From assembly GCA_963665295.1 (NCBI GenBank), contig OY762209.1, forward strand, positions 3,200,001-3,264,000: a stretch of 64,000 nucleotides of DNA, written 5' to 3'. The position numbers and the translations under genes were made by a program. The stretch comes from Syntrophorhabdaceae bacterium (GTDB taxonomy: Bacteria; Desulfobacterota; Syntrophorhabdia; Syntrophorhabdales; Syntrophorhabdaceae). The notes beneath the pieces are model-generated. The model saw only the letters and a list, made by a program, of their open reading frames with translations. It was not told the origin of the DNA and made no database searches. Each line of letters begins with the position of its first letter. The stretch's first letter is position 1. This document shows, piece by piece, positions 20,895 through 30,792 of the stretch.

Positions 20895-22370
20895 ATGACG
20901 ACATTGCTGGTTACTTTTCTTACCGCTTTTGTCATTTCTCTTGTCGCGACACCCCTGGCGAGGATGTTTGGAACGAGAATAGGAGCAGTCGACAAGCCTC
21001 AGAGCCGCAAGGTACACCTTACGGACATTCCCAGAAGCGGTGGGATTGCTCTGTTTGTCTCCTTCTTTGTAACGCTGTGCGTAAGTCACTTGTTCTACAC
21101 GGAGGTATCGAACAAACTGATCTGGGACACGAAGATGATTTCCTTTGTGTGTGGCGCCCTGCTTATTTTCGGCGTCGGGTTGGTGGATGACTGTCATAGA
21201 CTCAGCGCCCGGACAAAGGTCCTCTTCCAGATTGCGGCGGCGAGCATCGCTTTTGCCGGGGGAATCAGAATTGGAGGACATGTGTTCTGGGGCGCCGCAT
21301 ATCAGTATGGCTGGCTGAGTTACTTCATCACTGTCTTCTGGTTCCTCCTCATCATCAATGCGGTGAACCTTATCGACGGGTTGGATGGGCTTGCGTCCGG
21401 AATCGTCCTGTTCACGTCGCTCGTGATGGTGGCTCTCCTCGTGATCAAAGGGGATGTGCTGACTGCGTTATATTTCGCATCTCTGGGCGGTGCGGTGCTC
21501 GGATTCCTTCGCTACAACTTCAATCCCGCTTCAATATTTATGGGGGACGGAGGAAGCTATTTTCTCGGTTACGCGATTGCGGCGATCTCCACCATGAGTT
21601 CCATTAAGGGGCAAACGGGCGCCTTAATCCTCATCCCCCTTATCGGCATGGGCGTTCCGGTGTTTGACACCATTCTTTCCCCGCTGCGCCGCTTCGTGGT
21701 GGGGGCGAGTATGTTTTGCCCTGACAGAAGGCACATTCACCACAGACTTCTTGATCTCGGACTGAACACCCGAAAGACGGTTCTTATCATCTACGGCATT
21801 TCAATAGTCCTATGCCTGTCGGCGATAGTGATCGCGAATTCCCGCGATGAGATGTCCGGTCTTTTCCTGATTCTATTAGTGATAAGCTCTGCCATATTCT
21901 TTCGCAAACTGAGGTATTTCGAATACTTCACCGTTGATAAGGTATATGGGTGGCTGAGGGACATAGTTGACGTGGCGGGCTTCAACCGGAGTCGGCGAAG
22001 TTTCCTGGGATTGCAGATGGAGATTGAGAATTCACGAGGTCCGGACGAAATGTGGGATAAGGTGTGCATGGCCCTCGAAATGATAAGGTTCAATACTGCG
22101 AGGCTCGACTTGAATCACAAGGGAAAGACGGTCAGGTTCGAATGGGCTCCCGGAAACGGCAACGGTCACGGCGTTCCCAACAGCGACCCGGCGGCAGCGA
22201 TGAAGATATCTATTCCTTTGATGAACGGAGGAGACGAAAATCTCGGGACCTTGTTGTTGGTAAAGGACCTGCGGCAGGAATTGTTGACCAGTTTTACCAT
22301 ACGTCGCGTGGAGCATCTCAGACGGGCCATTCAGGTGGCAACTTCAAGATTCGAGAAGAAATACGCGTAA
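20895..22370 (+). CDS. wecA: Undecaprenyl-phosphate GlcNAc-1-phosphate transferase (WecA/TagO family) with C-terminal extension
   Basis: GLVDD, NAVNLIDGLDGLA, NFNPASIFMGDGG, PDRRHIHH. Confidence 0.88.
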   Translation: MTTLLVTFLTAFVISLVATPLARMFGTRIGAVDKPQSRKVHLTDIPRSGGIALFVSFFVTLCVSHLFYTEVSNKLIWDTKMISFVCGALLIFGVGLVDDCHRLSARTKVLFQIAAASIAFAGGIRIGGHVFWGAAYQYGWLSYFITVFWFLLIINAVNLIDGLDGLASGIVLFTSLVMVALLVIKGDVLTALYFASLGGAVLGFLRYNFNPASIFMGDGGSYFLGYAIAAISTMSSIKGQTGALILIPLIGMGVPVFDTILSPLRRFVVGASMFCPDRRHIHHRLLDLGLNTRKTVLIIYGISIVLCLSAIVIANSRDEMSGLFLILLVISSAIFFRKLRYFEYFTVDKVYGWLRDIVDVAGFNRSRRSFLGLQMEIENSRGPDEMWDKVCMALEMIRFNTARLDLNHKGKTVRFEWAPGNGNGHGVPNSDPAAAMKISIPLMNGGDENLGTLLLVKDLRQELLTSFTIRRVEHLRRAIQVATSRFEKKYA

Positions 22371-22539
22371 CAGGGAACGACAATTGAACACCCTTTTGTT
22401 GCCTGGTGCAGAAAAAGTCCCGTTCTACGGTTGGTTATGAAGAATTTTGTAACATCAGGCGGAAGAGGTTACCGAGAGAGATGACCCTTGAGATTAGTCT
22501 CACAATGGTGGACACAGTTACGGGAGGGAATTTAAGGTT

Positions 22540-22821
22540 ATGGGACCAAAGCTATGCCCGAGTTGCGGGGCGGAACGAGTTCACAGGAGTCATGCCCGTG
22601 GCCTCATGGAGCGAGCCAGGAAGAGCATCGGCAGTAAGAGGACCTTTCGTTGCCATACCTGTGGCTGGAGAGGCTGGATGGATACGGGCCGGCACAAGTC
22701 GGCGTTGGCGAAGAAGGAAGACGGGTTAAACAGCATAAGCCTTATCATGGTGGTAAGCGCTGCCCTGGCGATCGGTCTTCTGGTGGTCCTTTACAGACTG
22801 TGGAGCGGCGACGGCGGCTAG
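22540..22821 (+). CDS. Small Zn-ribbon protein with C-terminal TM helix
   Basis: CPSCG...CHTCGW plus hydrophobic C-terminal segment; GGAGG upstream. Confidence 0.6.
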   Translation: MGPKLCPSCGAERVHRSHARGLMERARKSIGSKRTFRCHTCGWRGWMDTGRHKSALAKKEDGLNSISLIMVVSAALAIGLLVVLYRLWSGDGG

Positions 22822-22866
22822 CGTCGGATAGAATCAGATAATTGTTTTTTGACCGAGCAATTACCC

Positions 22867-22912
22867 GAACCGGGTGACAGGTGAGTTTCGTCCGTCACCC
22901 GGTTCTCTTGTT
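22867..22912 (+). terminator. Hairpin closing the glycan locus
   Basis: 12-bp perfect stem GAACCGGGTGAC/GTCACCCGGTTC followed by TCTTGTT. Confidence 0.5.
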
Positions 22913-23203
22913 ATCGACCACATCAGGGTCACTCAGGTCTTCCGGCATTGTACGCGCGCAACGCCCGGCGGCGTCCATAGTATCCGTGCTGCACAATTTC
23001 TCACAGGAATTTGTCGTTTGTAATATGTTACCGGAGGGATGCGGATGCGCACAGCCTCCTGTAATCTCTGGATTTTCCCGCCTTCCGTATCGCCCGGTAC
23101 TGGTGTATAATTGAGGATAGGGATGACGAAGGAAAGGCCGGCCCGGGAAGAGTAGTAAGAATAAGGAACCGCCCGGGTTACGCTGCCGACCGAGGGAGGC
23201 GTA

Positions 23204-25771
23204 ATGTCAATGAAACCGCACCGGGAACTTCTCACCACACCGTCCACATTTCTTCTGTGGGCCGCCATCATTTTTGCTCTTTATTTCATTGGGCTCTTCA
23301 ATTATCTGCTCTTCCACAGTCTGGCAGAGATATTAAGCATTGTCATAGGCTCGGCCGTCTTTTTACTGGTCTGGTGCGCACGACACTACTTCCGGAACGA
23401 CTATCTGCAGTTTATAGGAATTGCCTCCCTTTTCGTCGTCTTGCTGGACATGATCCACATGCTTGCCTTTAAGGGCATGGGAGTATTCCCGGGTCACGAC
23501 GCCAACTTATCAGCCCAACTGTGGATCGCCGGGCGCTATGTCCTGGGCCTGTCTCTTCTCATCGCCCCTGCATTTTTCAGCCGGAAGCTCAATCCCATGT
23601 TTACCTTCGCAGGATTTGCCCTCATTACAGCCCTCCTGATAGTTTCCATTTTTGTCCCCCACGCTTTTCCTGTGTGTTACGTGGAAGGGGCGGGATTGAC
23701 TCCCTTCAAGATCGTAAGCGAGTATATTATCTCTCTTATCATGTTGGCCTCCATCGCTTTGCTGTACCGGAATCGCAGAGTTCTGGATCCCCCGGTATAT
23801 CGATTGTTGGTTTTGTTCATTGCTGCGTCGATAGGAGCCGAGCTGACCTTTACCTCTTATGTCAGTGTCTATGGTTTTGCCAACCTGCTGGGCCATCTTT
23901 TCAAGATCGTTGCCTACCTTGCCCTCATTCAGGTGGTCCTCGTAGTCGGTCTCGATCGGCCCTATAGCCTCCTCTTCCGCGAATTAGAGCACGAGAGATC
24001 AGATCTGAAGGCTGCACGGGACGAGTTGGAGTTGCGTGTGCAACAACGCACTGCGGAACTGCGCGAAAGCAACGAGCGGTACAAACTGATTTCAGAGAAC
24101 AGTACCGACGTGATATGGATGCTGGACCCGTCGAGTCACCGTTTTACTTACGTGAGTCCCTCAGTTTACAATTTGTATGGCCTCACTCCGGAAGAGGTAA
24201 TGGCTGAACCTCCGGAGAAGATGCTGACGCCGGAGTCGCTGGAAGGGCTTCCTGCACGGATTGCCGCATTTCCGGCGGGCGATGAATCGCAACGCACTAT
24301 GACGCATGATGCCGTTCAAACCCATAGGGACGGTCATCTTATATCCACTGAGGTGGTTACCACCCTGGTCGCCAATAATCAGGGAGAGGTTCAGGTTGTC
24401 GGTGTTTCGCGGGATGTTACCGGGCGTAAACGGGCTGAACAAACAAATGCACGGCTTGCGACCATTGTGGCGTCCTCGGGTGATGCCATCATCGGGAAGG
24501 ACCTGAGCGGCGCTATCGTCACCTGGAACACGGGGGCGGAGAAAATCTATGGATACACGGCTGAGGAGGTTCTCAACAAGCCCATATCCCTTCTTGTTCC
24601 CCCTGATCGTCTCGATGAGGTGCCTCAATTCCTTGATCGAATCAGCCGCGGAGAAAGTCTTGAACATTTTGAAACTGTACGGCTAAGAAAAGGCGGCAAA
24701 CCTATCGACGTTTCTCTCACTATTTCTCCTATGAAGGATGCCGAAGGCAGGATTGTGGGCGCATCCACCATCGCCCGGGACGTGACGGAGCGAAAACTCG
24801 CTGAAGTGCGTCAGGAAAGGCTGAAGAATTTCTATGCGGCCCTCGTAAGCATCGATGAAGCCATTATGCATTCAACTGATGAAACCCGGTTGTTCACCCG
24901 GATGTGTGGTATTCCCGTGGCGAGGGGCCTGATACAGATGGCGTGGGTGGGTATTGAAGATCCGGTGAGCTACAATATTATTCCAATAGCCAGGTACGGG
25001 AAAGGCACCGACTATCTGGATGAGATCGTCATCTCCACCCGCGGAGACTTGCCGGAAGGCCTTGGACCCACAGGGATTGCATGGCGCGATCAGAGAGTTG
25101 TCGTCAATAATGATACCGGAGACAATCCTCACATGGCGCCGTGGAGCAACCGCGCAACTGCCTACGGATGGAGGTCCAGCGCCAGTTTCCCTATTTTGAG
25201 AAAGAACAGGATATACGCGGTCTTCAGCATCTACAGTAGTGAACCCCATATTTTCGATGAAGAAATGATGACTTTGTTGGGTTTTATGATCAACGAGGTC
25301 TCCTTCGGGTTGGACGGTATGGATGCCAGGCAATCCCTGGTGAAGAGCGAGGCGCGCCTCCGTAGTCTCATGGAAAACGCGCCGTTTCCGATGTTGATCT
25401 TCAGAACGAGGGATGGCTCCTTGCGTTTCGCAAACCGCCGCGCTGAAATACGGTTCCATGTAAAGCGTGAGGAAGCGCTCGGCGCCTTAGCGGGTCGGTT
25501 TTATCAGGACCCGGCCGACCGGGAACGCCTTCTTGAACGTCTGCGTGAGGAAGGCGTCGTGTCCGATCAGGAGATCCGGCTGATAGATTGGACGGGAAAC
25601 CCGTACTGGGCGCTCCTGTCGGCCTCGGTGGTGGAATTCGAGGATGAACCGGCCATCATGGTCTCCATCACGACGAAACGAAGGGTTTCGAGCTTGGTGC
25701 AGTCGATTACATCACCAAGCCTATCAGCCCCCCTGTCCTGCTTGCCCGCCTGCAAACCCAACTTCATTTGA
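23204..25771 (+). pseudogene. MASE3-PAS-PAS-GAF-PAS sensor lacking its output domain (truncated at ~25670)
   Basis: LFHSLAE MASE3-type membrane domain, PAS/PAC repeats ending RDVT, GAF, last PAS ending AIMVSI; the last ~33 codons are an out-of-frame read of a receiver-domain gene. Confidence 0.75.
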
Positions 25772-26487
25772 AGGAAATGCAGGACCAACTCAGGCGTCAG
25801 AACGAATTCCTTGAAGCCGAAGTGGATCGGCGGACCAGAGAGATTGTTGACGTCCAGGATGTTACCATTTTAACCATGGCGTCCCTTGCGGAAACCCGGG
25901 ATAACGAAACAGGCGACCACATCAGACGTACCCAGTTCTACCTTAAGGCCTTGGCGGAGCATCTTCGCAAGTGTCCCCGGTTCAGTCATGTTCTCGATGA
26001 CGACAAGACGATACTGCTGCTTTTTAAATCTGCGCCCCTCCATGATATCGGCAAAGTGGGTATCCCCGACCATATCCTTCTCAAGCAGGGAGGTCTCACC
26101 GACGAAGAATTTGAAATCATGAAAACCCACTGCAAGCTGGGCCGTGACTCGATTATCGCCGCAGAACAGCGTCTTGGGCTGGAACTGCCTTTTCTTTCCG
26201 TTGCCAAGGAAATAGCCTATTTCCACCACGAGAAATGGGACGGTACGGGCTACCCGGAAGGGTTGTCAGGGGATGATATCCCTATCCCCGGCCGCCTGAT
26301 GGCGCTTGCCGATGTATATGATGCCCTCACTTCCCGGCGTTGTTACAAGGGCCCGCTATCTCATGAGGAAGCGGTGGAGATTATCATACAGGGCAAAGGA
26401 AGCCATTTCGACCCCGATGTAGTGGATTCGTTCGTTGAAATTGCGGACGATTTTGTGGAGATAGCGAAACGTTACAAGGATATATAG
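25672..26487 (+). pseudogene. RpfG-like REC-HD-GYP c-di-GMP phosphodiesterase, 5'-truncated
   Basis: DETKGFELGAVDYITKPISPPVLLARL (receiver C-half) lies in frame upstream of the called ORF; ETGDHIRR, HDIGK, HHEKWDGTGYP, ADVYDAL. Confidence 0.8.
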
Positions 26488-26512
26488 AACCGGTACCACC
26501 CGTGAGGGAATA

Positions 26513-26701
26513 GTGGCATCCCTTTCTCGGGGATTAGAACCATGGTCGAAAAAGACACATGGCGGAGGGTATTACGACCCTGAATATCAGGTGGTGACCG
26601 ACGAGGACGCAGAAGGGCTGAGGAAGGCGCTGGAAGGAAGCGGCGTGGACAAGGACTTGATTCAGTTCCTTTCGATGGGGGCGTTCCGGATAGCGGGGTG
26701 A
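26513..26701 (+). other. Short ORF, possible gene fragment
   Basis: 62-aa protein-like ORF at the island edge; no recognisable motif. Confidence 0.25.
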
Positions 26702-26912
26702 GCCGGACCATCTCCGGTTCTAAGAAAATCCGCTATCGGCTTGAGTTTTCCCTTGCAAAATCTTTGCTTTAGCAGGAAAATAGATAATGAGGGCGGGGTT
26801 TGGCCTGGCGCAGTTGCCCAATACCCGCCCCATCGTTTTCTCTCGAACAAACCGGGAACAAGCGTTAAAGCTCTTTAGTGAAATAGTTTAGCCTCAAAGG
26901 GAATGGGTACTT

Positions 26913-28367
26913 ATGTTCGAGCAGGCTTTCAGAAACATCGATGACGTCCTTCGAAAAGAAGCGGGCTGCACCACCGAGCTTGATTACACAGAGCAGACCT
27001 CCTGGCTGCTTTTCCTGAAATATCTTGACGATTTGGAGCAGGATAAGGCGGTAGAAGCGAAACTCGAAGGCAGGAAATACACCCGTATCCTCGAAGAGCC
27101 TTATCGCTGGGAGAAATGGGCTGCGCCCAGGGATAAAGAGGGCAAGCTCGACCATAACCTTGCGATGACGGGTGACGATCTCACCACCTTCGTGGACCGG
27201 AAGCTCTTCCCACACCTTCAGGGTTTCAAGACAAGAGCAAGCGGACCGAACACCATCGAGTACAAGATCAGTGAGATATTCGGCGAAATCAAGAACAAGA
27301 TTTCCTCAGGCTATAACCTTCGAGAGATCATCGAGCAGATCGATGAGCTTCATTTCCGTTCTCAAACGGAGAAACACGAACTCTCACACCTCTATGAAGC
27401 CAAGATCAGAAACATGGGCAATGCGGGACGCAACGGCGGCGAGTACTACACTCCACGCCCCTTGATCCGCGCCATGGTGCAGGTGGTGAAGCCGAAGATC
27501 GGGGAGCGCATCTATGACGGTGCGGTCGGCTCGGCAGGCTTTCTGTGCGAGGCTTTCGATTACATACGGTCACACAATAAGCTCACTACTAAGGACCTTG
27601 AAACGCTCCAGACCAACACCTTCTACGGCAAGGAGAAGAAGTCCCTTGCCTATGTCATCGGCATCATGAACATGATCCTCCATGGCATCGAAGCTCCGAA
27701 CATCATCCATACCAATACCCTGACCGAAAACAGTGCAGACATTCAGGAGAGGGACCGCTTCGACGTGATCCTGACCAACCCTCCGTTCGGCGGCAAAGAG
27801 CGCAAGGAAGTGCAGCAAAACTTCTCAATCCGCACGGGTGAGACGGCGTTCCTCTTTCTGCAGCACTTCATCAAAATTCTCAAGGCCGGCGGAAGAGCAG
27901 GCGTAGTTATCAAAAATACCTTTCTCTCGGGCACGGACAATGCCTCTGTGAGCCTGCGAAAGCTACTCCTGGAAAGCTGTAACCTTCACACGGTACTCGA
28001 CTGCCCCGGGGGAACATTCCAGGGCGCAGGTGTGAAGACCGTGGTGCTTTTCTTCGAGAAGGGAGCACCTACTCGAAAGGTCTGGTACTATCAGCTTGAC
28101 CCCGGTCGAAGCCTGGGCAAGACAAATCCACTTAACGACGATGACCTCACCGAGTTTGTGAGGTTGGAAGAGACTCATGCAGATTCCCGGAAAAGCTGGA
28201 GTATAGACGCCGAGAATATCGACCAGACAACCTTTGACCTCTCCGTAAAGAATCCGAATAATGGCGGAGAGGTAAAGCACCGGAGCCCGAAGGAAATATT
28301 TGATGAGATCACGAGACTGGATGCCGAAAGCGCGGAGGTCATGCAAGCGATCAAGAGGCTCTTATGA
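26913..28367 (+). CDS. hsdM: Type I R-M methyltransferase subunit (m6A)
   Basis: GEYYTPR, YDGAVGSAGFL, TNPPFG. Confidence 0.93.
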   Translation: MFEQAFRNIDDVLRKEAGCTTELDYTEQTSWLLFLKYLDDLEQDKAVEAKLEGRKYTRILEEPYRWEKWAAPRDKEGKLDHNLAMTGDDLTTFVDRKLFPHLQGFKTRASGPNTIEYKISEIFGEIKNKISSGYNLREIIEQIDELHFRSQTEKHELSHLYEAKIRNMGNAGRNGGEYYTPRPLIRAMVQVVKPKIGERIYDGAVGSAGFLCEAFDYIRSHNKLTTKDLETLQTNTFYGKEKKSLAYVIGIMNMILHGIEAPNIIHTNTLTENSADIQERDRFDVILTNPPFGGKERKEVQQNFSIRTGETAFLFLQHFIKILKAGGRAGVVIKNTFLSGTDNASVSLRKLLLESCNLHTVLDCPGGTFQGAGVKTVVLFFEKGAPTRKVWYYQLDPGRSLGKTNPLNDDDLTEFVRLEETHADSRKSWSIDAENIDQTTFDLSVKNPNNGGEVKHRSPKEIFDEITRLDAESAEVMQAIKRLL

Positions 28368-28468
28368 GAGTGGGATGGAAACGCGAGTTCCTGCATAATC
28401 TGTGCGAGGTCTTCGTGGATGGTGACTGGATTGAAAGCAAGGATCAGTCGCGGCATGGTATCCGACTA

Positions 28469-29688
28469 GTGTCACGTCACTCATCTAATGTCGGATAAAG
28501 TCGCCTAAGTTTCACCCGCGCATCCTTAGTAGTAAATTGCCAGTTCACCTTTGCGTTGAGATTGTCGCGATGGGCCTGCCAGGCAGACACGGCGGAGTGG
28601 ACCTCGGCGAGAGTGTCGATCCGGCGACTCAGGCATTGATGAATGAGCACGTTAAGCTCAATCTCCGCCATATTGAGCCAGCTTCCATGTTTGGGAGTAT
28701 AGACGAATTCAAAGCGGTCCCAGATGCGTTTGGCCTCTTCGGGAGAAAAGGCTTCATAAAGAGAGCCGGGTTTATGGGTGTTCAGGTTATCCATGACAAG
28801 GGTGATCCTTTTGGCCTTTCCATACCGTCCTGAAAGTTCCCGGATGAACTCCGCCCAGTCGCGCTTCGTTCTCCTTTCCGATACCTTGGTCAGGCGCGTG
28901 CCCGCCAATGGTTCGTTGGCCATAAATACGGTACAGACGCCACATCGCTCGTATTCGTAGTCGTGACGCTCGAGCCGTCCCGGAGCGCGGGGAATCGGGG
29001 TACGCGTTTCTTTGATCAGTTGTCTTGGGGTTTCATCCATACAGACCACCGGGAATCTTTTATCATACGGGCGTTTATATACATCGAGTACGTTCTCCAT
29101 GGCGGCGACGAAATCAGCATTGCCCTCCGGTGGAATGACCCATCCTTGCTGCTTCCAGGGTTTTGTTTCGTTTTTTTAAAACCCGACGCACGGTTTCATA
29201 GGAGATATTCTCGATATAATTGAGCGCTACGGCCCGGTTCGCGAGCATACGCAAGGTCCACCTCGCAAAACCTTCTGGTGGTTCGCTACAGCTCAAGGCA
29301 ATGAGGTGGGCCTCGAAATCGCCATCCGCCTTCTTCTCGTAGACTCGCTCTGCTTTGTGTCCGGTAAGGGCAGTCTCAAGTCCTTCTTCCACGAATCGCT
29401 TTTTTACTCTATCTATCTTACGCATGCTGATTCGCAACACTGCCGATATATCCTCGTTCTTCATCGGGTGGTCCTGGAACCGGCCCTGATCGCAATTGAG
29501 AAGAACCAGCGCATTGAGCACCTTTTGGGCTTTATGATTTCCTTTTTGCACCACGCCTTCAAGTTCCTTTCGCTCTTCTTTTTCGAGCACCACCCTATAT
29601 TTTATCATTCGGACCTCCCCATGGTGAAATTTAACCCTTGAGGAGATTCTATATCATACTATACGACATTACAAGTGTGATGTGACAC
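28469..29688 (-). mobile_element. IS630 family insertion sequence (1220 bp)
   Basis: TA duplicated at 28467-68 and 29689-90 in a CTAG target; imperfect terminal IRs GTGTCACGTCACTCAT / GTGTCACATCACACTT. Confidence 0.92.
28477..29608 (-). CDS. IS630 transposase in two frames (HTH ORF 29114-29608; DDE ORF 28477-29100)
   Basis: RWTLRMLA and ISYETVRR HTH; CMDE, MDNLNTH, TPKHGSWLNMAEIE DDE motifs; A7 run at 29171-29177 at the junction. Confidence 0.9.
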
Positions 29689-30792
29689 TAGTGCAAACCG
29701 GTAATGTTGGCGAAGGAGTATTCAAAGACCGAGATGAGAAGGCCCGTTATATCTCGGAGGGTACATTTGAGAGGTTGCGCTGCACGGAAATCTTCGGAAC
29801 CGATTGTCTCATTTCTCGCTTGCCTGATCCAGTTGGACGAAGCTGCATATTACCGAATGCAGGCGCCAGAATGATCACAGCTGTCGATTGCACTATCGTA
29901 CGCTTTGATCTAGCGCAATTACTTCCGGCCTTCTTCAATTACTACTCGCAGTCTCCCGAATATCTCAGCGCTGTAGACTCAGAAACTACCGGCACGACGC
30001 GGAAACGAATCAGCAGAACCAAGTTGGGGCTTATTCCGATTCCAGTTCCCCCAATTGAGGAGCAGCAGCGGATAGTCCGCATCCTCGACGAAGCGTTCGA
30101 TGGCATAACCACCGCCAAGGCAAACACCGAAAAGAACCTCCAGAATGCCCGTGCTTTGTTCGAGAGTCACCTCCAATCAATGTTTGTGCAAAGGGGTGAG
30201 GGATGGACACGGAAGAGCGTCGGAGAAGTCAGTACACATTCGTTGGGCAAAATGCTCGACAAGGCAAAGAACAAGGGTAAACCTGAACGTTATTTGAGAA
30301 ACCTCAATGTGCGCTGGTTCGACTTCGATTTGTCTGATCTTCTAGAAATGCGTTTCCTTCCCGAAGAGGTAGATAAGTATACAGTCGTCAGAGGGGACGT
30401 TCTCATCTGTGAGGGCGGATATCCAGGACGAGCAGCTATCTGGCAGGAGGATTACCCTATCTATTTCCAAAAGGCGCTTCACCGCGTCAGATTCCACAAT
30501 CCTGATTACAACAGATGGTTTGTATATTTTTTGTATTCTCAGGATAGGAGTGGAGACCTTCGACAGCACTTCTCGGGAACGGGCATTCAGCACTTCACAG
30601 GAGAAACATTGGACCATTACACGGTTCCGATTCCTCCCCTTGCCGAACTAGATCGTCTCCTTCCACATATGGATGGGTTACTAAGGGAAACCGAACGGCT
30701 CGAATCCATCTACCAGAGAAAGCTTGATACCTTGGACGAATTAAAGAAGTCCCTGCTATACCACGCCTTCAGCGGCCAACTTTAGGAGGACC

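Larger units (their letters stand above)
28364..30785 (+). pseudogene. hsdS: Type I R-M specificity subunit interrupted by IS630
   Basis: ATGA overlap with hsdM; 35 codons (MRVGWK..DGDWIESKDQSRHGIRL) continue in frame after the IS as VQTGNVG..; reconstituted length 399 aa, with IPVPPIEEQQRIV and LKKSLL..AFSGQL conserved regions. Confidence 0.92.
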
